From Polyangiales bacterium (GTDB lineage Bacteria; Myxococcota_A; Polyangia; Polyangiales; Ga0077539), in the NCBI GenBank assembly GCA_044229975.1, contig JBGARZ010000002.1:768001-832000 (forward strand): a stretch of DNA of 64,000 bases, given 5' to 3'. Positions 19,797-29,315 of this stretch are shown piece after piece (positions within the stretch are counted from its first letter, which is position 1; each line of letters opens with the position of its first letter). The notes below the pieces were generated by a model that did no database searches, was not told where the DNA came from, and worked only from the letters and a program-made list of their open reading frames with translations. A program made the translations under genes and the position numbers.

Positions 19797-20459
19797 ATGG
19801 CGACCATGGCACAACCACTCCACGTCCTGGGTGTCTCCTTGACCCGTGACGACGACAGCGCTCCCGCGTACGTCCAGCGCGCCCGGGAGGGCGACACCCG
19901 GGCGTTCAACGAGCTCTTCCGCAACCACCGGCGCGACGTCGCCCGGCTCGTGGCGAGGCTCCTGGGCCCGCGGCCCGAGGTCGAAGACGTGGTGCAGGAG
20001 GTGTTCATCCAGGTGTTTCGCTCGCTGCCCAACTTCCGGGGCGAGTCGCGCTTCACCACGTGGCTCCACCGGGTCGCCGTCAACGTCACGCTGATGCACC
20101 TCCGCGCCGCCCGCAGCCGACCCCGGCTGGGCAACGAGCTCCTCGACGAACCGGCCGCCCCCGAGGGCAACTCCCCCGTCGACCACGCCGCCCGCAACCA
20201 GCGGCTGCGGGCCCTCTACAAGATCCTCGACACCCTCTCCGAGAAGAAGCGCTCCGTGTTCATCCTGCATGACCTCGACGGGGTCCCGGCCGCGCAGATC
20301 GCGGCCATGGTCGAGAGCCCCGTGCTCACCGTGCGCACCCGGTTGTTCTATGCCCGCCGGGAGGTCTATGCCGCGATGGCGGGCGACCCGACGCTGGAGT
20401 CCATCGCCCGCGAGCTCGCGGCCCCCGATGCCATCCCCGAGACTGTGAGCCCGCGATGA
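19797..20459 (+). CDS. ECF RNA polymerase sigma factor
   Basis: GDTRAFNELF, EDVVQEVF, FRGESRFTTWLHRVAVN (region 2); TVRTRLFYARR (region 4). Confidence 0.93.
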   Translation: MATMAQPLHVLGVSLTRDDDSAPAYVQRAREGDTRAFNELFRNHRRDVARLVARLLGPRPEVEDVVQEVFIQVFRSLPNFRGESRFTTWLHRVAVNVTLMHLRAARSRPRLGNELLDEPAAPEGNSPVDHAARNQRLRALYKILDTLSEKKRSVFILHDLDGVPAAQIAAMVESPVLTVRTRLFYARREVYAAMAGDPTLESIARELAAPDAIPETVSPR

Positions 20460-21937
20460 GCGAACACCCCTCCATCGACGCGCTGCAAGCGCACCTCGAT
20501 GTCCCTGACCCCGAGCTCGATCGTCACTTCGCCGAGTGCGCGACCTGCCGCGATCGTGCGTCGCGCCTCTCCGGTGGCATTGCGCTCATCGACGAGGTGC
20601 GTCGGCTGACGCCCGTTCCGCCGCCCTGGGAGCGGATGGACGAGGTTCTGGCGAAGGAGGCCGAGGCGGTGTCGCGAGACATCCGCGCCGGTCGGCTGCG
20701 CCCGGCGCCGAGGGTCTCCTCGTGGGTAGCGGCCGGGTTCGCCGTAGCCGCGAGCGCGGGTCTCGTGGTGGGTGCCCGGTCGTGGATGAAGTCGCACGAA
20801 GCACCCGTCGTGGCGCCCATCGCGCAACGGGTCGTGACGCCTCCGGTGGTCGAGGCGGTGCTCCCCGCCTACGAGGGCGTCGTGCTCTTGTCGGCGGGCG
20901 GGGCGCGGTACCGCGACGGCGCGAACGCTGAAGGCGCCGTGCTGGCGCGGACGACGAGCCTGCACGAGGGCGGTGGCGTCGAGACGGGTGCGACGGCGCG
21001 CGCGGTGTTCACGGTGCAGAGCGGATGGACGGCGGACGTGCGGAGCGGGTCGTCGGTGCGGCTGTCGCAGCTCCGGACGACGAAGACCACGGTGACGCTC
21101 GACCACGGCGAGCTGGCCCTGGCGCCGACCGCGGGCGAGACCGACGCGGTGCAGGTGCTCCATGGCGGGTGGTCGGTCGAGGCGCACGGTCCGGTGGTGG
21201 CGCGCACCGACGCGACGATGCTGCGGGTGGTGGTGCTCGCGGGTCGGACGGACGTGCGACGTGGGGACGGCGAGGCGCTGTCGGTGACGGGACCGCTGGT
21301 GGTGGAGCTCCCGCTGGATGGGAGCGCTCCGCGGCAGGTGACGGCGGGCGTCGGCGACACCGGGTCCATCGAGCTCGCGGCGCTGGGTGAGCAGGGCAAC
21401 TGGTACGACATCCCGAGCATCGACCCGGCCGCGACGCTGACGCTGATGGGCCACGGCTCGTTGCCATCGGCGCTCGAAGCGGTGCGACTGACGGGGCCGG
21501 GGACGATCCAAGCGCGCATCGGTCGCACCGAGATGCGACTGGAGCTGGGTGTTGGGGGGACGCCGCGGTGGGCGGTGTTCCACGCGCCGGCCGGGCCGGT
21601 GGTCGCGCTCAATCGGGTCAACGCAGTGGCTGCGGCGCAGTCGGAGTCCCAGGCTCCAGATCTCAATCCGGGGCAGTTGCAGGCACTTTCGAACCGTACC
21701 GCAGCACGTATTCGCCACTGCTTTGCGGTGTGCCTGGAGAACAACACGTGCCGTGCTCCTTTGAGTGGCGGCGTCAGGTTCGGCGTCTCCGCGGAGGGGC
21801 GTGCGACGGTTGCCTCTCTCGATCCGTCTCTTGAAGGCGCACGACGATGCCTCGAGATCGACGCGCGATCCCTGCCGATGGCCGCGACCGGGACCCCCTA
21901 CGATCTACGCATCGCCGTGGGCAACGGCAGTCGCTGA
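20456..21937 (+). CDS. anti-sigma factor: zinc-binding N-terminus, TM helix, FecR-like domain, C-terminal TonB_C/AgmX-like domain
   Basis: HFAECATC (HxxxCxxC); TM WVAAGFAVAASAGLVVG; LHEGGGVETGATARA…LDHGEL; ATGA overlap with the sigma gene. Confidence 0.72.
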   Translation: MSEHPSIDALQAHLDVPDPELDRHFAECATCRDRASRLSGGIALIDEVRRLTPVPPPWERMDEVLAKEAEAVSRDIRAGRLRPAPRVSSWVAAGFAVAASAGLVVGARSWMKSHEAPVVAPIAQRVVTPPVVEAVLPAYEGVVLLSAGGARYRDGANAEGAVLARTTSLHEGGGVETGATARAVFTVQSGWTADVRSGSSVRLSQLRTTKTTVTLDHGELALAPTAGETDAVQVLHGGWSVEAHGPVVARTDATMLRVVVLAGRTDVRRGDGEALSVTGPLVVELPLDGSAPRQVTAGVGDTGSIELAALGEQGNWYDIPSIDPAATLTLMGHGSLPSALEAVRLTGPGTIQARIGRTEMRLELGVGGTPRWAVFHAPAGPVVALNRVNAVAAAQSESQAPDLNPGQLQALSNRTAARIRHCFAVCLENNTCRAPLSGGVRFGVSAEGRATVASLDPSLEGARRCLEIDARSLPMAATGTPYDLRIAVGNGSR

Positions 21938-21938
21938 G

Positions 21939-23927
21939 CTACCTCACCTCGTAGACCACTCCCCCAAACACCGCCCTCCCCGGTAGCGGGTACCCCAGGA
22001 AGTCCTGAATCGGTGACGTCACGGACGTCACCTGCCCGATCGGGTTGCACAGCGGCTGTTGTGCCGTTCGCTGGTCGAGCAGGTTGGTCACCTCCAGCGT
22101 CGCGCCCCACCCGCGGAGAAACGCTGGCATCCACCCGACGCGCAGGTCCACCAAGGCCCTCGCTGGAATCGCGGTGCAGTTCGATCGGTCGAGCCACGCG
22201 GGTGACACCACCGAGACCGACGCCGCCGCGCGCACGCTCGCCACGCGCCCCTCCACGCTCACCGACAGGTCACCCCACGGCACCCCCGGAACACTCCGCG
22301 TCCGATCACCGCCGTCTCCGACGATGGCCGGATCGAGCACCGCGCCCGCCAACGTCACGCCCACCCGATCGCGCCACCACACGCGCGCGCTCACCTCCGC
22401 GCCCGTGATCAACACGCGTCCGAAGTTCTCCGCGCGAAAGCGCCCAGGGCCCACCTGCACCAGCGCGATCAGGTCGGTCGCGTCGCGCACGTAGCCGCCC
22501 GCCTCCGCCGCCACCGTCCATGCTCCACGACGCGCTGACAGCGCCAGCGACGCGTCCACGAAGCGCGAGCGCTCCGCCCGCAGGCTCGCGTTGCCCACCA
22601 CCACCCCGCGATCACCGAAGCGCTCTGGCAGCGTCGGTGCACGCGCCGAGAGCCCGCCGTGCACCCGCAGCTCCAGACCGCGACCCAGCCCGAGGTGCGC
22701 GCCCACCCGCGGGCTCAACAGACTCATCGAACCGCCCTGCGTTCCCGCATCGTCCGACAGCGCTTCGGCCACCACGCCTGCCGACCAGCGCAGCGCGCCC
22801 ACCGTCATCGTCGACTCGAAGCCCGCCGTGATCGCACGTCGCGTCGCGTCCACCAGCGTCGACCCGGCGCGCGGCGCGAAGCCCTCCGCGCGCCCCCGCA
22901 GCAGCAGCTCGTGCGTCCCCCGACGCCAGTGTCGACGCAGCCTGAGCTCGGCTTGCCCGCGCCAGGTGTCGCTCTCCGCGCGGTAGCCCGTCACCGTCGG
23001 CGCCGCGCTCGCCGTGCGCCCGTCGAAGAGGTCGCCGCGCGCCATGCCCGTCGCCGACACCTCCGCGTCCCAACCATCACGTCGCCACGTCCACGAGGCC
23101 CGCGCGAGGATCCGCCGCTGCTCCTGAAACGGACCCACCACGGCGGTCGTCCCCGGCCCCGCGATGCCACGGTGCAACCAACCGCCGAGCACCAGCAGAC
23201 AGCCCGTCGAGCGCGACGTCGGTCCGCCCACGCACACACGGTAGAGACCATCGAGCGCATCGCCGCCGTTGTTCACGCGGTCGACCACGCGCCCCGTCGA
23301 CGCGCTCCGACTGCCCGGCTCGTAGTAGGGGAAGTCGCCGTCGGTGCCGCGGTAGTTCACCGCGAAGAGCATCCGCAACGACCCGGCGCCCGCGCCCGCA
23401 CCCGCCGACACACGTCGCGCACCGAACGACCCCGCGCCTGCCGCAGCCCACGCCACGGGGCGCGTGGTGACGTCCCGCAGCCGCAGGTCGACCGCGCCAC
23501 CCAGGCCGCCGAGACCGAGGCGCACCGGGGTGATGCCGCGATAGACGTCCGCCCTCGCGATGAGCGCGGGAGGAATGAGCGAGAGGTCGACGCCGTCACT
23601 CGCCGCATCGTTGAGAACGACCCCGTCGAGGGCGACGAGCAGGTGCGCCGCCGAAGCTCCGCGCAGCACCAGCGTCTCGGTCGAGAGGTCACCACCAGTG
23701 CGTCGCAGGTGCAGACCAGGGGCCTCGTCGAGGAGCGCGCCGACGCCCGCCGCGAGGCGGCCGCGCTCGGTGAGGTCGATGGAGGTGCTCGCGCCCAGGT
23801 TGTTCGAGGGGTCGTCTGACGAAACGAGACGAGGGGCGCGCACCGTCGGAACGCGCGTCTGCGCCGACGCGCCCGCGGCGAAGAGCAGCACGACGAGCGA
23901 GGCGCGTGAGAGGGCTTGGGTCATCAC
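21939..23927 (-). CDS. TonB-dependent outer membrane receptor
   Basis: Signal peptide; plug LLDEAPGLHLRRTGG…LRGA…LDGVVLND; NASLRAERS; NLLD…YPLPGRAVFGGVVYEVR C-terminus. Confidence 0.9.
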   Translation of the reverse strand: MMTQALSRASLVVLLFAAGASAQTRVPTVRAPRLVSSDDPSNNLGASTSIDLTERGRLAAGVGALLDEAPGLHLRRTGGDLSTETLVLRGASAAHLLVALDGVVLNDAASDGVDLSLIPPALIARADVYRGITPVRLGLGGLGGAVDLRLRDVTTRPVAWAAAGAGSFGARRVSAGAGAGAGSLRMLFAVNYRGTDGDFPYYEPGSRSASTGRVVDRVNNGGDALDGLYRVCVGGPTSRSTGCLLVLGGWLHRGIAGPGTTAVVGPFQEQRRILARASWTWRRDGWDAEVSATGMARGDLFDGRTASAAPTVTGYRAESDTWRGQAELRLRRHWRRGTHELLLRGRAEGFAPRAGSTLVDATRRAITAGFESTMTVGALRWSAGVVAEALSDDAGTQGGSMSLLSPRVGAHLGLGRGLELRVHGGLSARAPTLPERFGDRGVVVGNASLRAERSRFVDASLALSARRGAWTVAAEAGGYVRDATDLIALVQVGPGRFRAENFGRVLITGAEVSARVWWRDRVGVTLAGAVLDPAIVGDGGDRTRSVPGVPWGDLSVSVEGRVASVRAAASVSVVSPAWLDRSNCTAIPARALVDLRVGWMPAFLRGWGATLEVTNLLDQRTAQQPLCNPIGQVTSVTSPIQDFLGYPLPGRAVFGGVVYEVR

Positions 23928-24046
23928 GGAGGGGGCGCCGTTGATGTACCCCGCGGAGCGCGGCGTCGGGACGAGGAGACGCCCGGGAAGCGAAAGGTTT
24001 CCGTTGCGCCGCCGATGACGAGTGGGGCAACCTGCCAGACAATCGG

Positions 24047-25480
24047 ATGCGGCGGGTTCTCCTGGTTGACGACAGCCCTGCGCTTCAAGCCGCGGTGGCT
24101 CGGAAACTCCAGGCCAACGGGTGGGACGTTCGTCTCGCCGCCGACGCCGAGGAGGGGCTCATGTCCGCCCTTGCCTCGCCCCCCGACGCCGTCATCAGCG
24201 ACCTCTGGATGCCCGGCCTCTCGGGGCTCCAGCTCTGCCAGCTTCTGCGGGGCGATCCTGCGACGGCCCATGTCCCGGTGCTGCTCTGCACGGGCACCGC
24301 CGATCGCCGGTCGCGCTTCTGGGCGCACCGCTCGGGGGCCAACGCCTTCCTCGACCGCAACGACCCCGACGGCGTCCTCGCCGAGCTCAACGCCCTGGTG
24401 CCCGTCACCGAGGAGACCCTCCGGCGCGATCCCTCCACGGAGTTCGATCCGTCGCTGCGACGCAGCACCATTCCGGGTCGCCTCTCCATGCTCCTCGATC
24501 GCGCGCTCTTCGAAGCCGTCGTGGTCGGCGAGCTGCGCTCCCTCGCCTTCGACGCCGCCGACGTCGACGGGCTCTTCCTCGCCTTCTCCCGGCTGATGAC
24601 GGACATCGTCGCCTACCCCTGGATCGCCCTCTCGGTGCCGCGCCGCAACGGCGTGCGGGTGTTTGTCCATCAGCACCCGCGCCACGACGGTCGCGCCATC
24701 CCCGCGGCCGTGCAGTCCGTGGTGTCGCCCTCCGACGGGCCCGTCGAGCTCCACGTCATCTCCGATCCGCTCGCCTCCGACGAGCTCCCCGAGGGCACCG
24801 TGTCCGCGCACCCGGTGCTGCTCCGCGGTCGCCTGCTCGGGCGCGTCGGCATGTGCGCCTCGCGCTCGTCGCTGAGCCGCGATGAGCCCGCGGTGCTCGC
24901 CCTCGCAGCCCGCGAGCTCGCCCTCCCCCTGCACGCCGTCGGCCTCCTCGAAGAGACGCGGCGGCTCGCCTCGACCGACGCGCTCACAAACCTCGCCAAC
25001 CGCCGCGCGGCGACGCTGCGCCTCAACGACCTCGCCAACCGCGACGTCGACGCGGGCGCGCTCTCCATCGCCCTCATCGACATCGATTTCTTCAAGAGCA
25101 TCAACGACACCCACGGCCACGCCTCGGGCGATCGCGCGCTCTGCCACGTCGCCGAAATCCTCCGGGCCGTGGCGCGCGGCAACGACCTCACGGCGCGCTG
25201 GGGCGGCGAGGAGTTTCTCCTCGTGCTCGACGGAACCTCCGCGGCCACGGCGCGCGTCGTGGCCGAGCGAGTACGCGGATCCATCGCGCGGACGCCCTGC
25301 GTGCTCGACAGTGGGAAGAGCGTTCCGCTGACGGTGAGCATCGGCGTGGCGACCTTCGACGGACGCGGGCTCGACGCCTTCCTCGACGAGGCCGACCGCG
25401 CGCTCTACCGGGCCAAGAGCCGCGGCCGCAACCGCGTCGAGGTCGCCGGCGACGCGCTCACTCCGCCAGAACGAACGTAA
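24047..25480 (+). CDS. response-regulator diguanylate cyclase (REC, GAF-like, GGDEF)
   Basis: VLLVDD…ISDLWMP; TDALTNLANRR, DIDFFKSINDTHGH, I-site RGND, active site GGEEF. Confidence 0.93.
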   Translation: MRRVLLVDDSPALQAAVARKLQANGWDVRLAADAEEGLMSALASPPDAVISDLWMPGLSGLQLCQLLRGDPATAHVPVLLCTGTADRRSRFWAHRSGANAFLDRNDPDGVLAELNALVPVTEETLRRDPSTEFDPSLRRSTIPGRLSMLLDRALFEAVVVGELRSLAFDAADVDGLFLAFSRLMTDIVAYPWIALSVPRRNGVRVFVHQHPRHDGRAIPAAVQSVVSPSDGPVELHVISDPLASDELPEGTVSAHPVLLRGRLLGRVGMCASRSSLSRDEPAVLALAARELALPLHAVGLLEETRRLASTDALTNLANRRAATLRLNDLANRDVDAGALSIALIDIDFFKSINDTHGHASGDRALCHVAEILRAVARGNDLTARWGGEEFLLVLDGTSAATARVVAERVRGSIARTPCVLDSGKSVPLTVSIGVATFDGRGLDAFLDEADRALYRAKSRGRNRVEVAGDALTPPERT

Positions 25481-26324
25481 AGCAGAACTGCCGCGCCCCC
25501 GCGTCGGGTGTGGTCACGGTCATGGTCGCCTCGCCCGGCGCCGACGGCAGCGCGAGGCGGTAACCCACCACACCACGCGGCTGCCCCGTGCGGATGTCGT
25601 GGGTGATCTCGGGATGACCCTGCAATCGCAGCGTGAGGTGGGCCGTCACCACCGCGCCGCCCGCGAACCAACCTGCGTCGTCGATGCCGACCGCCCCGAC
25701 GAGGGAGCGAGCGGGCGGGAGACCGGCGAAGTGGATGGTGAGCGTTCCGTCGGTCTGCGGGTGCGCGTAGACGCAGCGGAGGTCGCCACCGTCGAAGCGG
25801 TGCGGCTCGGCGCGCAGGCGGTTCCACTCGGGGCCGTGGCAGGCGAGGTGCGGGCCTTCGAGGGGACACGGTCCGCCGTCGGCGCCGCCCACGCGCTCGG
25901 CGGTCATGCGGGTGCCGAGCTCATGCGTCGCGTCGAACACCACGTGCCCGAGGTGCCCCGTCTCGATGTCCCAGCGAAGCGCGCGACCGTCGTGGCCGAC
26001 GGGTGTCCCGGTGCCGAAGCGACCAAGGAGGGACGTCAGACCAGGGGCCGTCGGCGCGACGCCATACACCCGCCGAACGCCGCGGATGTCGTCCATCGAG
26101 GCGTTGCCCCAGAGTGCGGGGATGGGCGACGCGAGCGCCACCAGCTCGGGCGCCTCGTCGGTCACCACCACGAGGTCACGCCGGCTCGCCTCGCTGCGAA
26201 TCGCGCGAATCAGCGCGCGCCGCGGGTCGGTCTTCTCGCGCACGCCATCGAGCACGCGGTACGCGCCGACGAGCAGCAGCAGCCCGACGAGCACACCGAG
26301 AGCGTCGCGCGTCAGCGGCTTCAC
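25458..26324 (-). CDS. membrane-anchored hypothetical protein, possible NPCBM-like carbohydrate-binding C-terminus
   Basis: GTG start overlapping the asnB stop; N-terminal TM; YAHP…AVGIDD resembles NPCBM. Confidence 0.6.
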   Translation of the reverse strand: MKPLTRDALGVLVGLLLLVGAYRVLDGVREKTDPRRALIRAIRSEASRRDLVVVTDEAPELVALASPIPALWGNASMDDIRGVRRVYGVAPTAPGLTSLLGRFGTGTPVGHDGRALRWDIETGHLGHVVFDATHELGTRMTAERVGGADGGPCPLEGPHLACHGPEWNRLRAEPHRFDGGDLRCVYAHPQTDGTLTIHFAGLPPARSLVGAVGIDDAGWFAGGAVVTAHLTLRLQGHPEITHDIRTGQPRGVVGYRLALPSAPGEATMTVTTPDAGARQFCFTFVLAE

Positions 26325-28216
26325 CCGGCCTCCAGCCAGCGACGTCGCCAGTGTTCGAGCACCAGCAGCGAGTACAACACCTTGCGATGATCGCGCGCGC
26401 CCGAGAGGTGCTCGTCGAGGAGGCGCTGCACCGCCGCGGGCTCGAACCACCCGGTCGCTCGCAATCGCACCGGCGAGAGGGTGTCGAGCAGCAGCTCGCG
26501 CAATGGGCCGCGCAGCCAGCGACCGACGGGCGCGCCGAAGCCCTTCTTCGGGCGCTCCAGGATCTCCCGCGGAACCCGCGACCCCAGCGCGCGGCGGAGG
26601 AGGTACTTGGTGGTCGTCCCGCGCAGGCGAAGGTGCTCGGGGAGCGCGAGGCAGAAGGTGACCACCTCGGTGTCGAGCAGCGGCGCGCGGGCCTCCAGTG
26701 ACACCTTCATCGTCGCGCGGTCGACCTTCTGGAGAACACCCTCCGCCAGATACACCTGGAGGTAGAACGCCGTCGCCGCGTCGAAGTCCGTCGCCGCCCC
26801 GACGCCCGACGCCCGCGCCGCATCGAGCGCTCCCGAAGCGCCTCCACGCAGGGCCGATCCGAGCAGCGACGGAAGCGCGTCGGGGTCCATCGGCGCGAGC
26901 CAGCGGGCGTGTCGCTCGGCGCCGCGCGCCTTCAATCCCTGCGACATCTGTTGCAGCTTGAAGGCGGTGGAGAAGTTGCCGTCCGTCGCCGGCACGAGGC
27001 GCGCGAGCGTCGCGAGCAGACGGCCCGCGGAGGCGCTGGTCGGGAGACGAGAGAGCACCTGGTCGACCACGAAGGTGGGATAGCCCGCGAGGGTCTCGTC
27101 GCCACCATCGCCGCCGAGGGCCACGGTGACCGAGCGGCGCGCGAGGCGGGCGAGCATCGTCGTCGGGAGGATGGAGCTGTCGGCGTGGGGCTCGTCCATC
27201 GCGTCGAGGGTGGGCTCGACGAGGTCGATGAGCGCGCGCTCGGAGAGCACCTCGGTGACGTGGTCGGTGCCGAGGTGACGCGCGACGAGCTCGGCGTGGG
27301 TGCGCTCGTCGAAGGTCGGATCGTCGAAGCCGATGGCGAAGGTCTTCACCCGCGGGTGCGTCGCCGCCGCGCACGCCGCCACGAAGCTGGAGTCGATGCC
27401 CCCGCTCAGGAACACCCCCACGGGCACGTCCGCCACCAGCCGTCGCGCCACCGCGCGCTCGACCCGTCGCGAGAGCTCCTGCGTCAGCTCGCGCTCGTCG
27501 CCGCGCAGACGAACGCCCGTTCGCGGCGCCCACCAACGCTCGACCGACACGCCGTCGCGGGCCGTCCAGCGGAGGCGCTCGCCGGGGCCGAGCTTGCGCA
27601 CGCCCGCGAGGATGGAGCGCGGCTGCGGGACGAACTCATGTGTGAGGTACTGCGCCACCGCGACAGGGTCGACCTCGCGGCGCGCGTGCACCTCGGGGTG
27701 GACGAGCAGCGCGGCGAGCTCGCTCGCGAAGGCGATGCCGCCGCGACCGGACTCGTCGCCCAACGGTGCGTAGTAGAGGGGCTTCTTGCCGAAGCGATCG
27801 CGCGCGAGGGTGAGCGTGCGGGTCGGGGCGTCGTAGTGACCGAAGGCGAACATGCCATGGACGCGGTCGAGGGCGCGGTGACCCCACGCGTCGAGGGCGT
27901 GCAGCAGCACCTCGGTGTCGCTGCGCGAGCGGAACGTGTAGCCCGCGGCGGTGAGCTCATCGCGCAGCGCGACGAAGTCGTAGATCTCGCCGTTGAAGGT
28001 GAGCATCGACGACCCGTCGGGGCTGCGCATGGGCTGCGCGCCGAGCGGTGAGAGGTCGACGATGGAGAGCCGACGGTGGCCGAAGGTGCAGCCCGGGAGC
28101 GCGTGCACGCCGTGACCGTCGGGCCCGCGGTGCGCGAGGCGGTCACACATCGCCTGCACCAGCGCGGGGTCGGGGAGCGCGTCGTCAGGGAGGGCGAGGC
28201 CGGCGATGCCGCACAT
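26321..28216 (-). CDS. asnB: asparagine synthase (glutamine-hydrolysing) family amidotransferase
   Basis: MCGI N-terminal Cys, HRGPD, FNGEIY, RDRFGKKPLYY, LSGGIDSS, KVDRATM…EARAPLLD. Confidence 0.93.
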   Translation of the reverse strand: MCGIAGLALPDDALPDPALVQAMCDRLAHRGPDGHGVHALPGCTFGHRRLSIVDLSPLGAQPMRSPDGSSMLTFNGEIYDFVALRDELTAAGYTFRSRSDTEVLLHALDAWGHRALDRVHGMFAFGHYDAPTRTLTLARDRFGKKPLYYAPLGDESGRGGIAFASELAALLVHPEVHARREVDPVAVAQYLTHEFVPQPRSILAGVRKLGPGERLRWTARDGVSVERWWAPRTGVRLRGDERELTQELSRRVERAVARRLVADVPVGVFLSGGIDSSFVAACAAATHPRVKTFAIGFDDPTFDERTHAELVARHLGTDHVTEVLSERALIDLVEPTLDAMDEPHADSSILPTTMLARLARRSVTVALGGDGGDETLAGYPTFVVDQVLSRLPTSASAGRLLATLARLVPATDGNFSTAFKLQQMSQGLKARGAERHARWLAPMDPDALPSLLGSALRGGASGALDAARASGVGAATDFDAATAFYLQVYLAEGVLQKVDRATMKVSLEARAPLLDTEVVTFCLALPEHLRLRGTTTKYLLRRALGSRVPREILERPKKGFGAPVGRWLRGPLRELLLDTLSPVRLRATGWFEPAAVQRLLDEHLSGARDHRKVLYSLLVLEHWRRRWLEAG

Positions 28217-28228
28217 GGACGGGCGCGC

Positions 28229-29227
28229 CTACTTCGCGGCGGGCGCAGGCCGATCGAGGTTGACGGTCTCGCCGACGAGGTAGGTCTTCTTCCCCTGGGA
28301 CTCGTGATAGGTGCGGATGAGAATCTCGCCCAGCAGACCCATCAACAAGAACTGCACCCCGAGCGAAAACAGGAACACCCCGAGGAGCAGCAGCGTGACG
28401 GGCTGGATCCACTCGCCGGGGCGGTGGAGCACGTGCTCCTTGATGAACTGCGCGACGAAGACGGCGCCCGAGAGGGTGCCCACCGTGCAGAGCGCGAAGG
28501 CCGGGCGGCCGAAGAAGTAGATGGGCTTGGTGGAGTAGCCGCCGAGGAAGGTGACCGTCAGCAGGTCGAGCAGCACCTTGAAGACGCGGCCGAGGCCGTA
28601 CTTCGAGACGCCCGCGACGCGCGGGTGGTGCGTGACCTCCATCTCGGTGACGCGGGCGCCCGCCCACGACGCGTAGATGGGGATGAAGCGGTGCATCTCG
28701 CCGTAGAGGCCGTAGGGCTCCAGCACCCAGCGACGGTAGGCCTTGAGGGTGCAGCCGTAGTCGTGGATGCGGACGCCCGTGACCCACCCGATGAGCCAGT
28801 TGGCGATGACGCTCGGGAGGCGGCGGGTGAAGGCCTTGTCCTTGCGGTCGCGGCGCCAGCCGGAGACGACCTCGAAGCCCTCGTCGAGCTTCGCGAGGAG
28901 CTTGGGGATGTCGGCGGGGTCGTTCTGGAGGTCGGCGTCGAGGGCGACGATGACGGGGCCGCGCGAGAGGTCGATGCCCGCGGCGATGGCGGCGGTCTGA
29001 CCGAAGTTGCGGCGGAAGCGCACGACGCGCAGCCACGGCCGCGTCGAGGCGGCGGCGCTCATCAGCGCGAAGGATTTGTCGCGCGAGCCGTCGTCGACGA
29101 GCACGGCCTCGGCGGGTTGCGGGAGCGTGGGCATCGCCGTGTCGAGCGCCTTGAACAGCGCCGGGAGCGACTCTTCTTCATTGAAGACGGGGATGACGAG
29201 GCTGAGGGCCGGGGCGTCTGTCGACAC
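28229..29227 (-). CDS. GT2 polyprenol-phosphate glycosyltransferase (ArnC/GtrB-like)
   Basis: VIPVFNEE, VDDGSRD, RNFGQTAA, DADLQNDP, two C-terminal TMs. Confidence 0.92.
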   Translation of the reverse strand: MSTDAPALSLVIPVFNEEESLPALFKALDTAMPTLPQPAEAVLVDDGSRDKSFALMSAAASTRPWLRVVRFRRNFGQTAAIAAGIDLSRGPVIVALDADLQNDPADIPKLLAKLDEGFEVVSGWRRDRKDKAFTRRLPSVIANWLIGWVTGVRIHDYGCTLKAYRRWVLEPYGLYGEMHRFIPIYASWAGARVTEMEVTHHPRVAGVSKYGLGRVFKVLLDLLTVTFLGGYSTKPIYFFGRPAFALCTVGTLSGAVFVAQFIKEHVLHRPGEWIQPVTLLLLGVFLFSLGVQFLLMGLLGEILIRTYHESQGKKTYLVGETVNLDRPAPAAK

Positions 29228-29315
29228 GGGCGGCGGTCTATCACGAAACGCGTCGGGGCCGCGAAGGGACTGTGTGTCCCGGCGCGGCCCCGCAGCGATC
29301 GAGAGTGGTGTGCGA

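Noticed and set aside
23928..24046. Possible cobalamin or c-di-GMP riboswitch between the TonB receptor and the cyclase (GGGAAG, ACCTGCC, GAAA loop)
   Set aside because: The fragments lie on the strand opposite the receptor, the gap is short, and the core consensus elements of either riboswitch are missing.
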